Shown piece after piece: positions 38,801 to 44,932 of a stretch of DNA of 64,000 nucleotides; positions within the stretch are counted from its first letter, which is position 1; each line of letters begins with the position of its first letter. The position numbers and the translations under genes are program-made. This DNA is from Elusimicrobiaceae bacterium. GTDB lineage: Bacteria > Elusimicrobiota > Elusimicrobia > Elusimicrobiales > Elusimicrobiaceae. The notes below the pieces were generated by a model. The model was not told the origin of the DNA, did not search any database, and worked only from the letters and a program-made list of their open reading frames with translations. The stretch is from positions 28,085 through 92,084 of the forward strand of contig JAQVSV010000001.1 in assembly GCA_028700325.1 (NCBI GenBank). The letters run 5' to 3'.

Positions 38801-41800
38801 CGGCGCTGGTTTCCACATCCGCGGCCGCTGCCTCTTCTTATTCCGGGCAGATCAATTTTGTCGCGGGCGCGAGCGGTATCCAGCAGGGCGGCCGCATAAG
38901 CGTGGCGCTGCCGTCCGGCCTGTACGCTACGCTGACCACCGTTACGGCATACGGGTACGGAGTAGTGCAGGCCAGCGCGCCCGGTTACGATTCCGGGACG
39001 CTGAGTGTCAGCGCGGGCCAGTCTTACGCCGAGCTGACCGTGCTTTCGGAAGCAGGCCTTGCCGCGGGCGCGACGGTGCAGATTACGATCGGCCCGCTCT
39101 ATCTGCCATGTGCCAGCGGCGATTTCGCGTTCAGCGTAGGGTCCAGCCAGAACGGCTCGCTGGCGCCGAAAGCGCTGCGCAGCGGCCAGCCGGTTCTGAG
39201 AATTCTGTCCGGCTCGGCCACGCGTTTTACCGGCAGGCCGGCGGACGCGGCCGAGTCTGCGGCGTATAACTTTTCCATAGTGTCGGGCGAGGATGTGCCG
39301 TTCGTGGCGACCGCGCTTGACACCTGCGGCAATCCCGCAATCGCCGGGTCAACCGTAAATGTGAATATCCATGCCCAGAAGCAGTCTACGGTGACGTGGA
39401 TGTACAGCGACGATCCCAGCGTGCTGTTCAGCACCGGTTCGCAGTTTGTTTCCGTCGCGACGGTGGCGTTCGCGGCGGGCATGAGCAGCGCGCCTTTCAC
39501 CGTCAGGGCCACGCAGGCCGGGGCGCAGAAAACCATGGTGTTCCGGTCGTCGTCGGGCATGTACACCGATTCGGTGTATTTCACCGCGCTTGCCGGGGTT
39601 CCGATAACCGGGGCCGCCGTTTCCAGCGCGGTTTACGGGGTGGGCAGATCCTCCGTCACGATCGTGCCCAGCGTGAATGCGACCGGCGGAGCGGCCTACA
39701 TAAATTTCAATCTCTCGCTCGCGAACACTTACGACAACTGGCAGGTGGTTATAGCGTCCAAACCGTTTATTGCCGGCGCGGCGGTCAGCGAAATCTGGCA
39801 GTTCTGGGGCAGCGGCACGCCGGTGCCCGGTAAAGTGGTATGGAACGGCAGGTACAGCTATAATAACAGCATTGTGCCGTCCGGCTGGTATTATGTGAAG
39901 ATAGCATACAGCGGATTTACCGACACCAGCCTCAAGATATATGTGCAGTCGCCGGAGGTTTATGGCGTCGTGCGGGACGAGTCCGTTTCGCCCGCGGCGG
40001 CTGTCGCCGGCGCGGTGATCAACGTGTTCAGCGCCAGCGGCGGCGGATACGCCAAAACCGCCGAGGACGGCAGTTATTCCATTCCCGGCCTTTCGAGCGG
40101 CTCTTACCGGTTCGAAATCGCGGCCAGCGGGTATGTGAAACTGTCTACGCAGGTGACGCTGGGCGCCGCCCGCACCAATGTTGATTTCGGCATGGAGAAA
40201 GCGGCGCAACTGGTTATCGTGCCGTCGCTTTCGCAATCCAACCCCTATCCGAACGATAGCGGCGGCGGGGTCAGCGCGTATGACGGAACGCAGAACTATT
40301 TCACCAACATCAGGCTGAAGGGCGGCACCACCTCGTTTGTTGCGGCTGACGTGTGGGACAGCCTGACCAACAGTTATGTTTCCAGCGACAGGATCGCGCT
40401 GGATGTCACTCCGGGCGTGTACAGCGTAAACGGCTATCTGGACAATTACGGAAACGTGTATGTCGAGCGGGTGGAAGTGTCCGCTTCCGGCGCCACGGTC
40501 GAACTGCCGGCTTTTGAGAGCCGGCGCAACGTATCGGGCACGCTGACGGTAGCTTCGGCTGCGTACAGCCGGTATGCGTCGCTGAACGCGGAACCTGTAA
40601 ACGGCAACAGCTCAAGCCATTGGGGCTGGGCATCGGCTGAAATACCCGCCAGCGTTTCCGGCGCGGCTTATCATGTGTACGGGATTGACGCGGGTTCCTA
40701 TACCATCAGCGCCACGGGCGACGGACTGCCGCGCGTGTCCACGCTGGTCTATATAACAGCCAATGATCTCAGCGGCGTTGACTTCGACTTCACCAAAGTG
40801 CAGAACAACGTCATACGCGGCACCGTCACGGTGACGGTGCAGGACGCGGCGCAGTGGTCTGCCCTTAAAACCCAGATGGACGGGAGTTTTATGGAGGCCC
40901 GGCTTACCGCATGGGCGCCCAAAGGGTCTGGCTATGCGTCTGAAAACGTGAAATTCACTTCCGCGAGCGTGAGCGGGCTGGTTGCCAGAGCCGCATACAC
41001 GCTTACGGGCCTTGACGCAGGAGCGGAATACCAGGTTTACGCGGAGCTCAGTCCTTACAGCGAGGGCGATCCCGGCGAATATACATCGGTGGGCGCGCTG
41101 CCCAAACTGGTCACTATTTCGTCCGCGACAGGCTTGGCGAACCTTGATATCGGTTTCGCGCGGGCGTCCGGCACGATAACCGGCACGGTGTATCTGCCGG
41201 AGGGCAGCAGTGATTTCGGCAATGTCGCCATGACGGGCATGGTGACCCAGTCGGAAAACCCCTACGAGATCGGGCAGGTGATGAACGAAGGCGGTTCGGA
41301 TCCCGTCACTTCATTTCCGGGTTTCAGGTGTTTTAACGGCGCGGCCGCCGTTAACGGCGTCTGTGCGGACGGCGTTAACATAGCCAGTTTCACGGTAACC
41401 GGACAGAAGACCAAGACCATGGACATGGTTTTCACTTACGGAGCCACCGGGTTGAGCAGGAGTTACAAACTGACCGTTGTCAACGGCAGCACGGTTACGG
41501 CGGTTGTTGACATGCGGGCCGACACCTATTCCATTTCGGGCGCGGTCATAAACCGTATCAACGCCAATTCGCTGAATACCATGGCCAGGCTGATCGCCAA
41601 TTCCACGGTCACCGTGCCGGCGGGTTATCCGGTGCAGGAAGGCACGCTGCCGATCGAAATGGTGCGGCGCAGCGCGAATTCTTTCTCGACTACCGTGGAT
41701 TATGACCCCAGTCTGGTGCGCGTGGGTTATATCACGCAAAGCGGCACCTATACCATAACGGGCCTGCAGGAGGGCGTTTATACGCTGCGTACCCGCGGGC

Positions 41801-44800
41801 TCAAGGAATGCACGACCTGTTCCGTCGCCGTCGCGCCGGTCGAGAAACTGGTTACCATGCGCCACGCCATTTATAACACGGGGCTGGTTGTGGTGGATTC
41901 GGCGCAGACCTCCACTTCCGCGGTCAATGTGACGCTGATTGACGGCTGGGACGTTTCCGGTTCCATTTCGCTGCCCAACGGCGTCAGGGATTCCCGCGTT
42001 TTCGCGCTTACCCTGACAAACAAGCGCGGGGACGTTGTGCGTTCGACCCAGATCGCGCTAGGCAACGTTTACACGGGCGAAAAAGCCAATTCCGCCTCGT
42101 ATACGTTCAGCCGCCTGCCAAGCGACGATTTTTACACGCTCGCCGTGGCGGACACCGCCACTTCAACTGCCGCGGTGCGCTATACCGCCGCGCCGATAAC
42201 GTTCCCGTCGCGCAAGGTGTCGCCTTCGGGTCTGCAGTCGAGCCTGACCGGCCAGAATGTTGAAATGGTGGTCGGCGCGCTGCTTTCCGGCAAATTGCGC
42301 GACGCCAATTCCGGCGCGCTCATTACCGTGACGAACGCCACACTGCTCGCGCCCAGTTTCAGCTGTTTCGCGCAGGCCAACCCGTGGGTTACGGGCGGCT
42401 ATTACGCTACGGTTTCTTCCGTGGCGGTCACGATCAACAACGCCACGGAATACAAGCCTGTCGAAGCGGACGGCACATTCCGCATCGGCCCCGTGATGCC
42501 GGGCGTCACCTATGACGTGCAGTGCAGGCAAACCGAATGGAATTCCGGCTATATCCTGCGCGGCGCGCAGAATTATTCGCCCGCTATCGTGGCGGCGGTC
42601 AAGCCTTCTGCCGGCGAGAGCCGCGATCTTGGCGTGCTGGATCTGAAGCAGGGGCAGTCCATCACCGGCACCGTCAGGGATTCGGCCGGCGCGGCTGTTC
42701 CCAACATGCTGGTCAAAGCCAAACCTTCCTCGTCCGATATTGACATGGAAGTGAAGACCTATACCAGCCAGACCGGCGCGTTCAGCCTGTGGGTGTCCAC
42801 TTATGTGTCGCGGTATTATGACATTACCGCCAGCCCCCGCGAGTATTACGACGGGGTGTCCACTGGCACGTTAATGTATAAGGAGGTAACGCTCCGTAAT
42901 CAGGATCTGCAGGACCGGACTACCTTTGCGTTCACGCTCAGCCCCGTGCGGGGCGGAGTCGCTGGCCGTGTGATTACGGCGGACGGCGGCGCGCTTTATT
43001 ATCCTTACGGGGATCTGCGCGGCTATCCCGCCGCCGCGGTTTTTCTCCAGCCTTACGGGGTGGTGCCCGTGAATAATCCGCTGGGCGACATTGAAACATA
43101 TACCCAGTCGGACGGCAGTTTCGAGGTGCCCGGTGTTTCGACCGGAATATATACGCTCAAGGTTGTCAGCATCGGTTACGGGTTCGCGTCATCCACGGTC
43201 AATGTGGCCAGCACCGGCACGCTGGATGCGGGCACCATAACGCTGCGCCGCGGCGCGAGCGCCGAAGGCACGATACTGAAAACCGACGGCAGTTCGCCCA
43301 GCACCGATGAAATCGGTTCGGTGATAGCGGTTTCGCCGGACTTCTCGGAATACCTGTTCGGCACGCTCGACACGGATGCGCTGTCGCGGTCAGTGCAGAG
43401 CTACAGCCTGACGGGGTTCAGCACCGGAACTCTTTATTCCATCGCGCTGGTGTCGCCTGACGGAGAGGATATTACGTTCCCCGTCGAGGGCCAGGTTTCG
43501 TTCGACGAGGCCAGCTCGACCGATACCGTCACCGCCGACCTGACTTATGCGCCGGGCGGCGTTGACTGCGGCGCGGTGGCCAAGAAAACCGGAACCGCCA
43601 CGTTCAGCCTCCAGTTCACCTGCTCGCGCCAGTTAAGAAGCCTCACCGCGGCGGACAGCACGGTTTCCCAGCTGGTGTGGCTTAGCAGCATAACCGCAGG
43701 CGGCGCGCCTGTTTCCGGCGACGACGGAACCGGCACGCTCGGTTACGGCGCCATCACCGCCGACCGGCGCGGACTGGCCGCCTCCTACGTCATGTCGAGC
43801 ACTGAAGACAGCCGCTTCAGCATTTTGCTTACGGCATATTTCAACGCCATTGATCCGGCCACAGGCGACTATTTCCATATCGCCAAGCGGTTTGATTTCT
43901 ACACCGGCATCCAGAGCGCGACCAGCCGCCGCATCAGCAACCTCATCGGCGGCGCCTTGAACGTGGAATCGGCTGAAGGCGAAAGCGAAAGTTCGGGGCT
44001 GGATTTCAATCCCGGCTGTCTCAATAACTCGACCGGCACGTTCGTGGTGGATTTGTCCACCACGATCGGAATGCAGAAGTTTACCGCGCTCGAAGACGTG
44101 CCGGCAACCCAGTCGCTCGCTTCGGCGGGCGCGCGCGACCGGTTCGGCGCGGGCCGCCTGCCGCAGGAAATTGTGGACGCGAGAAAAGCGTTCGCGGAAA
44201 AACGGATAACGGCTTCATTCCGCGCGCAGTCGAGTTCCACGGCCACTTACCGGGCGATCAGCTCGTTCTACAATATCTTCCTGCCCGCCGGCATCAACCA
44301 TATCCTGCGCCAGAACGCGCGGCTGACGCTCAGTTATGACGCGGTGTCCGACCCCAATAACGTCAATGTCTGGTACTATAATCCCGACACCGGGCGGTAC
44401 CAGCTGGAAGCCAGCAACCGGACCATTGACACCATCAACAACACCATCGCGGTGGATGTGGACCACTTCTCCACCTTCGTGGTGATGGAAACGCAGCCGG
44501 TGTATACCTCCACCACCGCATACGGCGGGCTGAATCTGGCGGCGTACAACTTCCCCAACCCGTTCAATCTTGAAACCAAGACGAAGCAGGTCAACACCTC
44601 GCCGGGTTCCGGATCCTATACTGCCGGACAGAATATCACCACGGAGGGCACTGTTATAAGGGTGGCGGTGCCGGCGTCGGCTGTTTCGGGCACGGGCCAT
44701 ATAAAAATCTATAATATGGCCGGCGAACTGGTGCGCAAGATCGGCATCAGCGGCGTTGCGGGCGGCGCCTACGAGTATTTCGCGTGGGACGGGCGCAACA

Positions 44801-44907
44801 ACAGCGGCGAAAAAGTGGCCAGCGGAGTTTATATCGGAGAGGTTAAGGTCGATGATCAGCAAACTTTCTTTAAAATGGCCGTAGTCAAGGATTCAAAATA
44901 CCGTTAA
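26863..44907 (+). CDS. giant mosaic secreted surface protein (6,014 codons) with T9SS-type/FlgD-Ig-like C-terminal sorting domain
   Basis: The frame is uninterrupted for 18,045 nt. GGAG lies 6 nt before ATG 26863. An alternative ATG at 26914 is also SD-preceded. Signal peptide ..KYLCAAVAAAALSAGAAQA. It carries many recognisable beta-rich modules (see sub-features). No competing ORF on any frame approaches this length. Confidence 0.88.
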   Translation: MNSENMAVVPPEKRENIMARFFKHLTKYLCAAVAAAALSAGAAQAYTISGYVRDQSGNSISGVSLNGFYPGATIYATTDGAGFYSLSFPTAGVSCAVVPQVSGPGVYFTPERADFTLTQDVTSDFVQNVSAQDGGQWEFAEVAAGVSARLAANESGIPFMAYAVEQGSAVYASIAGGSIQALFTALADTAAVPAPAVYGGHSFMAYKSLSSNIMLASDETGVWTSTIAAGAGPSLDVSLRVNSFGRYLLYRGTFLTLMHDGAESVVSTDAACGLKSALAVDSSGTAHVLYSCSGSPQRLFYAKLSGGEWVSALVASASEDTFDSVSLAVDSGALPFASYVLASSADGKRTLFAALPSESFTAEVSTGIVSYNAVAFINETGRSVLFTATDGSGVPYLQNRTYLSSAEFSDSMISQAYARQISLVSEIGPYISYATPENRIFAGRMATSSVTCAIYGAVTQNSAGLSGVTVSVYGGASSHTATTDAGGYYAVTGLSTGSYVITPALAEKVFEPAQATVNLQSDTEIDFTAATKTYSVSGSVAAGGVGLASVSVTGVSGGESASAVTDSSGVYLLTGLPAGVCTVAPGRAGYEFAPAASSFTLSANTTGIDFEAALSQLYIAGYIITEASEPVAGATVTAYNGQISWMTVSDAAGLYSFALASGSYLLAPVKEGYAFTPSSRTVSLASASISGVSFVAVSTASIPLYALAGQVTKNSAGLSGVSIGITDGSHSEEAVTDGSGNYGFYDLMAAQYTVTPQLEGLEFSPAYSVVTVSGDVSGVDFTAEDSGVLSATVTAVNTPQAYAWENYPAFTLALSADRNVFVGSVTVSFADSGVSYNDIFAMFLYENGTPVASSYNSDSTLGSAVKREALMPVSLSISTATRTFTLMIQPKSSALGKTVYPVFAGFSSAAGQSVTPLPVGGNVALVGYKAYAASSGGLATSISLTAGQSALIVAQGQWQYSSTGTAGPDGVSGSVCGTGCQLPGSPRGMLLARIGYYSTVFYPVGSSATITSPAGAATDSVYLSINDDYFTDNSGGLFVLPQIVSRVIVWTGAGGTEYAAEPLNWNTGVVPANGDTVLFSSMVAKACAWNISAQPKLITLYYYPGALNVVGSYTLLAETLTINNSRLRMSGTAAGARPYISVGTLNAIDSELVFSDAMGVSADNFSVLRGTVSITGSDYAGFGGCSGHSVVLENAALDISSVAFQNAGTISVRGGSVAKFDNVSVNLSAEASSPMVTVYGLSGYNTFDRWNFYNYGGSAVYNVISTGNASGAQVVFANAGGNYMGSVHSLNLDGALRWEPDGGGTAALALTAVYSATDTYTYRFEVTTVTGTPVAAGSAAAGAKSILFSGLTAPATYYIKAYADENGNAVADGYEPKGKAAVALVANSSGAASVALADFGKAAGYLYSVSQSGKVLGQAYSSGALVDQVELGSLADGTTVHWELYLPTGTYTLNAFVDVNGSGSRDSFEAGFSAENVEISKGAENYLGNAGLVSAAVSTVSVSAAAGHDGIIYARGGSATLFNLLASASGDPAVISSFSFFSAGSYYAAGAYAVNVTRDSNYNGLCDAADSVLGSAYANGGAAVPLTVSFNPVVVSTGQSERFCVTLAGAVALERNSTVGVSLASSGIGAANGHVEFAAITSTVTVKFNVDAAVAVSSFSGGTGTGVYLEPGMVVSLVSTGTWYISGSAAGAGGANYKGGILPDVNSGALMARVGIGPWFAVGSASSFTYTMIYSGELYFAMNKYQTSSASGNLLVDFSAVNPGNGAAGSVSYAGAKAQQLFIKAQSVSSGDVLASTSMALNGAGSYPYSLTGISTGTAFFIKAYWSDVSTSAVGQYREELTMYTGSVRTGLDFAVFDGYGALPLTVTYYGSFADKLIAHMIVGASEFERTVATGTQTLALPAPGIYRVAVFEDRNGDGEPAGLENMGMFGYDGPVALFEQNGGTVAVTVGGTSAPVAITVLPKGGLAGVGKICGLSGRFMFVAGHGIPGTAGYQAENWESSWLDGAAANASCLSLNYDIGMLRAATDYSLLLFNDSNMNDIYDDGEKFSLLAGPISIATGMVVNRDITLVAVSTVPVMPSAISTYAVTASSIVWTWPSVFGATGYMLFFTSGSTVTLSATSYTETVGVPNTRSGLYGVAAYNAIGLGPVKTVENAVYTRAAKVALSVMSADNVSVRLAVDRAGNPAATAVNIYRSANSTAAYVLVSSLTAGATQFADIYGVVPGVQYWYAATAFNGNYVAGETSVPVSTVTPSAAGADYVRGTVYYSGRQQGNLRVELFGSAVRDGWAVANGSAAFSAIASFNGFMLAGTESGGVYKSTDGINWVSAATVSGSVKSFAQNGSVYYLSGSKGIYSGSGSGSWSLVYAASSGMGRLLVYNGKVYCGDGNRLAQSSGSGFDVAETGIPAARAISSLAVFGGYMYAGVLPSVSAYTETQGDYVYRAALASLGSWTASLNAKMLGVYDLAVWNGRLYAASGNSGLIFSLETADGVWSNTAVAATKVVNFSSFRGQLAVAAQTGPGVLVSPEHGRWAAVAPSGVVYMNGLCQFNGKLYAAAAARLYAGFAQPAYSVVSPVQSQNSFYISGVPAGTPYYPRAFVDVTGDAVLEPGEDSVFYSTSVMAAGTANMTLAVSTGAPAAPGAPSACAVNGVVSVLWTAPSSASNLLGYRVYRSTAQAGPYAEISGSEPAGYVPWNRTSFSDSNPPSGSVYYRLKSLDWGYNESAGVTGLPVNVLQPGRIEGSLYSLSASTSVQYYVTVSSVSSPLGAALYSIPLADGQSYSAPNLSDGLYYVRAFADANANRVFDSGEALGAYGGIAYPYGVYVNYGSVSGSKNVTVCPVTRIRPGDSLNVVISSADCEIRDSGVSRHGKIFSFEVGYGDGKVSPGSGIQLTASGGGLGSAELRLIDPDFNAMFNTGTIYYGADTEGFYYLEAAAPAENAAGDVNVSLYINSNSGGKITGVASYYGASTGTAVFMLYRKAEYDAGNYWPVNMATAPVADNAASFTMYGMENGLFYMTAYVDVNADGVRETWEPYGFYGSVQPEALAVSSGAASRVSLALTDPVMGSISGYVTYSGSSRGSVRVEARQPREGNDSNDYVLYASTMFARASENVSAPFTLAGLPPSASYYITAYVDANDNMSGDTLEPNVFEGPYTVAAGSVTENVSVSIADIGTGAPGYASITGTVTYAGGAVTSRLMLGFFTDTEGRHMPYTAFVEPDGATDTWHFSRSGIMGGTTYYIGAVLDFNSNGFDDAGEPKTMFMDGDGNPVPVYPAADGSAAVSMTLSALPDGSISGTARYYGSQAGKYMSVNIYSDNCRSDYCSARYRVLLTTATQYPFTGEFLQDSTSYSIYAYVDVNENQTQDNGEPDYSSYPDKLELGEADRALTGVDFTVTRSEDRWNNATLRASFDYDGAQRGDVYMRLYQNGGAVASRTSSPVSYTDGAVVVMAGLSTGVYTADAFIDTNGNGLYDSVFEPYAQVKYGGSAQLALTYKDPVLYDASATFKDPGSASLSSGALTVAGLIAVKSSAAGALRTLLFKYSDSADAMQIPLLNGLIARTAGVGCSSYSFTALSSGNYLVQAFIDVNGNYQPDDGEPWGQSAVALVSPVPSSGTLALDFAVSDRTSLNVGGEFAYQASSATGYVQERPGSYARLFSISGSAGDVINAGMTPASGFSYARLYLYGPYMNQTGSALRYNLLASAEADAQTGAASILAYKLAQSGVYTLAAVAYEEAAAGGFKLKYLRSGQGSGSISGTVDYTGSRGGKFIVAIFGDANVYTGSALLYTTLPVAGAFSFSGLPGGSNYYIGAFIDTNGNGIRDAGEDYGYYSVAGSTVPQGVSVLNGQDVSGLRVTVNSVSDPASQAQVSGVLNYSGSLAGNARVEAWTSSAYTGTPAGVRNIASPVYPQAFSMQVPGGSAYYFRAYADSAPYGEFDLNAEAAGAYNSGQPVYLKQGGNSSLDYVIQLNDPGYDPTASAVGGEGYAALVSTSAAAASSYSGQINFVAGASGIQQGGRISVALPSGLYATLTTVTAYGYGVVQASAPGYDSGTLSVSAGQSYAELTVLSEAGLAAGATVQITIGPLYLPCASGDFAFSVGSSQNGSLAPKALRSGQPVLRILSGSATRFTGRPADAAESAAYNFSIVSGEDVPFVATALDTCGNPAIAGSTVNVNIHAQKQSTVTWMYSDDPSVLFSTGSQFVSVATVAFAAGMSSAPFTVRATQAGAQKTMVFRSSSGMYTDSVYFTALAGVPITGAAVSSAVYGVGRSSVTIVPSVNATGGAAYINFNLSLANTYDNWQVVIASKPFIAGAAVSEIWQFWGSGTPVPGKVVWNGRYSYNNSIVPSGWYYVKIAYSGFTDTSLKIYVQSPEVYGVVRDESVSPAAAVAGAVINVFSASGGGYAKTAEDGSYSIPGLSSGSYRFEIAASGYVKLSTQVTLGAARTNVDFGMEKAAQLVIVPSLSQSNPYPNDSGGGVSAYDGTQNYFTNIRLKGGTTSFVAADVWDSLTNSYVSSDRIALDVTPGVYSVNGYLDNYGNVYVERVEVSASGATVELPAFESRRNVSGTLTVASAAYSRYASLNAEPVNGNSSSHWGWASAEIPASVSGAAYHVYGIDAGSYTISATGDGLPRVSTLVYITANDLSGVDFDFTKVQNNVIRGTVTVTVQDAAQWSALKTQMDGSFMEARLTAWAPKGSGYASENVKFTSASVSGLVARAAYTLTGLDAGAEYQVYAELSPYSEGDPGEYTSVGALPKLVTISSATGLANLDIGFARASGTITGTVYLPEGSSDFGNVAMTGMVTQSENPYEIGQVMNEGGSDPVTSFPGFRCFNGAAAVNGVCADGVNIASFTVTGQKTKTMDMVFTYGATGLSRSYKLTVVNGSTVTAVVDMRADTYSISGAVINRINANSLNTMARLIANSTVTVPAGYPVQEGTLPIEMVRRSANSFSTTVDYDPSLVRVGYITQSGTYTITGLQEGVYTLRTRGLKECTTCSVAVAPVEKLVTMRHAIYNTGLVVVDSAQTSTSAVNVTLIDGWDVSGSISLPNGVRDSRVFALTLTNKRGDVVRSTQIALGNVYTGEKANSASYTFSRLPSDDFYTLAVADTATSTAAVRYTAAPITFPSRKVSPSGLQSSLTGQNVEMVVGALLSGKLRDANSGALITVTNATLLAPSFSCFAQANPWVTGGYYATVSSVAVTINNATEYKPVEADGTFRIGPVMPGVTYDVQCRQTEWNSGYILRGAQNYSPAIVAAVKPSAGESRDLGVLDLKQGQSITGTVRDSAGAAVPNMLVKAKPSSSDIDMEVKTYTSQTGAFSLWVSTYVSRYYDITASPREYYDGVSTGTLMYKEVTLRNQDLQDRTTFAFTLSPVRGGVAGRVITADGGALYYPYGDLRGYPAAAVFLQPYGVVPVNNPLGDIETYTQSDGSFEVPGVSTGIYTLKVVSIGYGFASSTVNVASTGTLDAGTITLRRGASAEGTILKTDGSSPSTDEIGSVIAVSPDFSEYLFGTLDTDALSRSVQSYSLTGFSTGTLYSIALVSPDGEDITFPVEGQVSFDEASSTDTVTADLTYAPGGVDCGAVAKKTGTATFSLQFTCSRQLRSLTAADSTVSQLVWLSSITAGGAPVSGDDGTGTLGYGAITADRRGLAASYVMSSTEDSRFSILLTAYFNAIDPATGDYFHIAKRFDFYTGIQSATSRRISNLIGGALNVESAEGESESSGLDFNPGCLNNSTGTFVVDLSTTIGMQKFTALEDVPATQSLASAGARDRFGAGRLPQEIVDARKAFAEKRITASFRAQSSSTATYRAISSFYNIFLPAGINHILRQNARLTLSYDAVSDPNNVNVWYYNPDTGRYQLEASNRTIDTINNTIAVDVDHFSTFVVMETQPVYTSTTAYGGLNLAAYNFPNPFNLETKTKQVNTSPGSGSYTAGQNITTEGTVIRVAVPASAVSGTGHIKIYNMAGELVRKIGISGVAGGAYEYFAWDGRNNSGEKVASGVYIGEVKVDDQQTFFKMAVVKDSKYR
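28210..29215 (+). repeat. four tandem carboxypeptidase-regulatory-like (CarboxypepD_reg/Cna-B-like) domains inside the giant ORF
   Basis: The repeating pattern is Y.(I/V)(S/A)G.V......L.GV.V........(A/T)(T/V)TD..G.Y....L..G.Y.(V/I).P...G(Y/L).F.P......(L/V).......DF.A, about 80-85 aa each. A fifth copy is at 26998-27240 and further copies are at ~39960-40200, ~42650-42850 and ~42950-43250. Confidence 0.65.
29620..29990 (+). other. LecA/PA-IL-like lectin-fold module 1 (giant ORF)
   Basis: LIVAQGQWQYSSTGTAGPDGVSGSVCGTGCQLPGSPRGMLLARIGYYSTVFYPVGSSATITSPAGAATDSVYLSINDDYFTDNSGGLFV tracks, from memory, Pseudomonas LecA (ITIVAAGWASYGP..GPQG...C....CGALVMKIG.....PV......LIYNDVPGTYGNNSGSFSV). Confidence 0.45.
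30000..30760 (+). other. right-handed beta-helix-like segment (giant ORF)
   Basis: Begins VWTGAGGTEYAAEPLNWNTGVVPANGDTVLF, as in autotransporter-type beta-strand repeats. Short repeats of about 20-25 aa rich in G/S/N/V follow. Confidence 0.4.
31800..32150 (+). other. LecA/PA-IL-like lectin-fold module 2 (giant ORF)
   Basis: MVVSLVSTGTWYISGSAAGAGGANYKGGILPDVNSGALMARVGIGPWFAVGSASSFTYTMIYSGELYFAMNKYQTSSASGNLLVDF has the same strand order as module 1. Confidence 0.4.
33090..33620 (+). other. two tandem fibronectin type III-like domains (giant ORF)
   Basis: P.AIS.Y.VTASSIVWTWPSV.GATGY.LF...Y..AYN..G.GP. and ..SV.L.V....NPAAT.V.IYRS......Y..V.......F.D....PG..YWY...AFNG. A third FN3 is at ~34770-35060 (VSVLWTAP....LLGYRVYRS...GPY). 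Confidence 0.6.
33715..34545 (+). other. beta-propeller-like insert with a BNR/Asp-box-like motif and Kelch-like NGxxY blades, nested inside one DUF2141-like module
   Basis: YKSTDGINWVS (Asp-box-like). Blades marked by VYNGKVYCGDG, VFGGYMYAGV, VWNGRLYAASG, SFRGQLAVAA and QFNGKLYAAAA. The host module starts at GTVYYSGRQQGNLRVELFGSA and resumes at NSFYISGVPAGTPYYPRAFVDVTGDAVLEPGED. Confidence 0.5.
39685..39950 (+). other. internal FlgD-Ig/T9SS-CTD-like domain in the middle of the giant ORF
   Basis: AAYINFNLSLANTYDNWQVVIASK...GKVVWNGRYSYNNSIVPSGWYYVKIAYSGFTDTSLKIYV has the same pattern as the true C-terminal domain (..IKIYNMAGELV...WDGRNNSGEKVASGVYIGEVKV). An invasin/Big_1-like stretch ATALDTCGNPAIAGSTVNVNI precedes it. 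Confidence 0.45.
44530..44904 (+). other. C-terminal sorting domain, T9SS type A / FlgD-Ig-like
   Basis: AYNFPNPFNLETK...HIKIYNMAGELVRKI...YEYFAWDGRNNSGEKVASGVYIGEVKVDDQQTFFKMAVVK matches the Por_Secre_tail pattern (NYPNPFN...I.IYD..G..V......G.....WDG.N..G..V.SGVY). Confidence 0.7.
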
Positions 44908-44932
44908 CGGCGGTTGCACAAAGGAGAATGAT

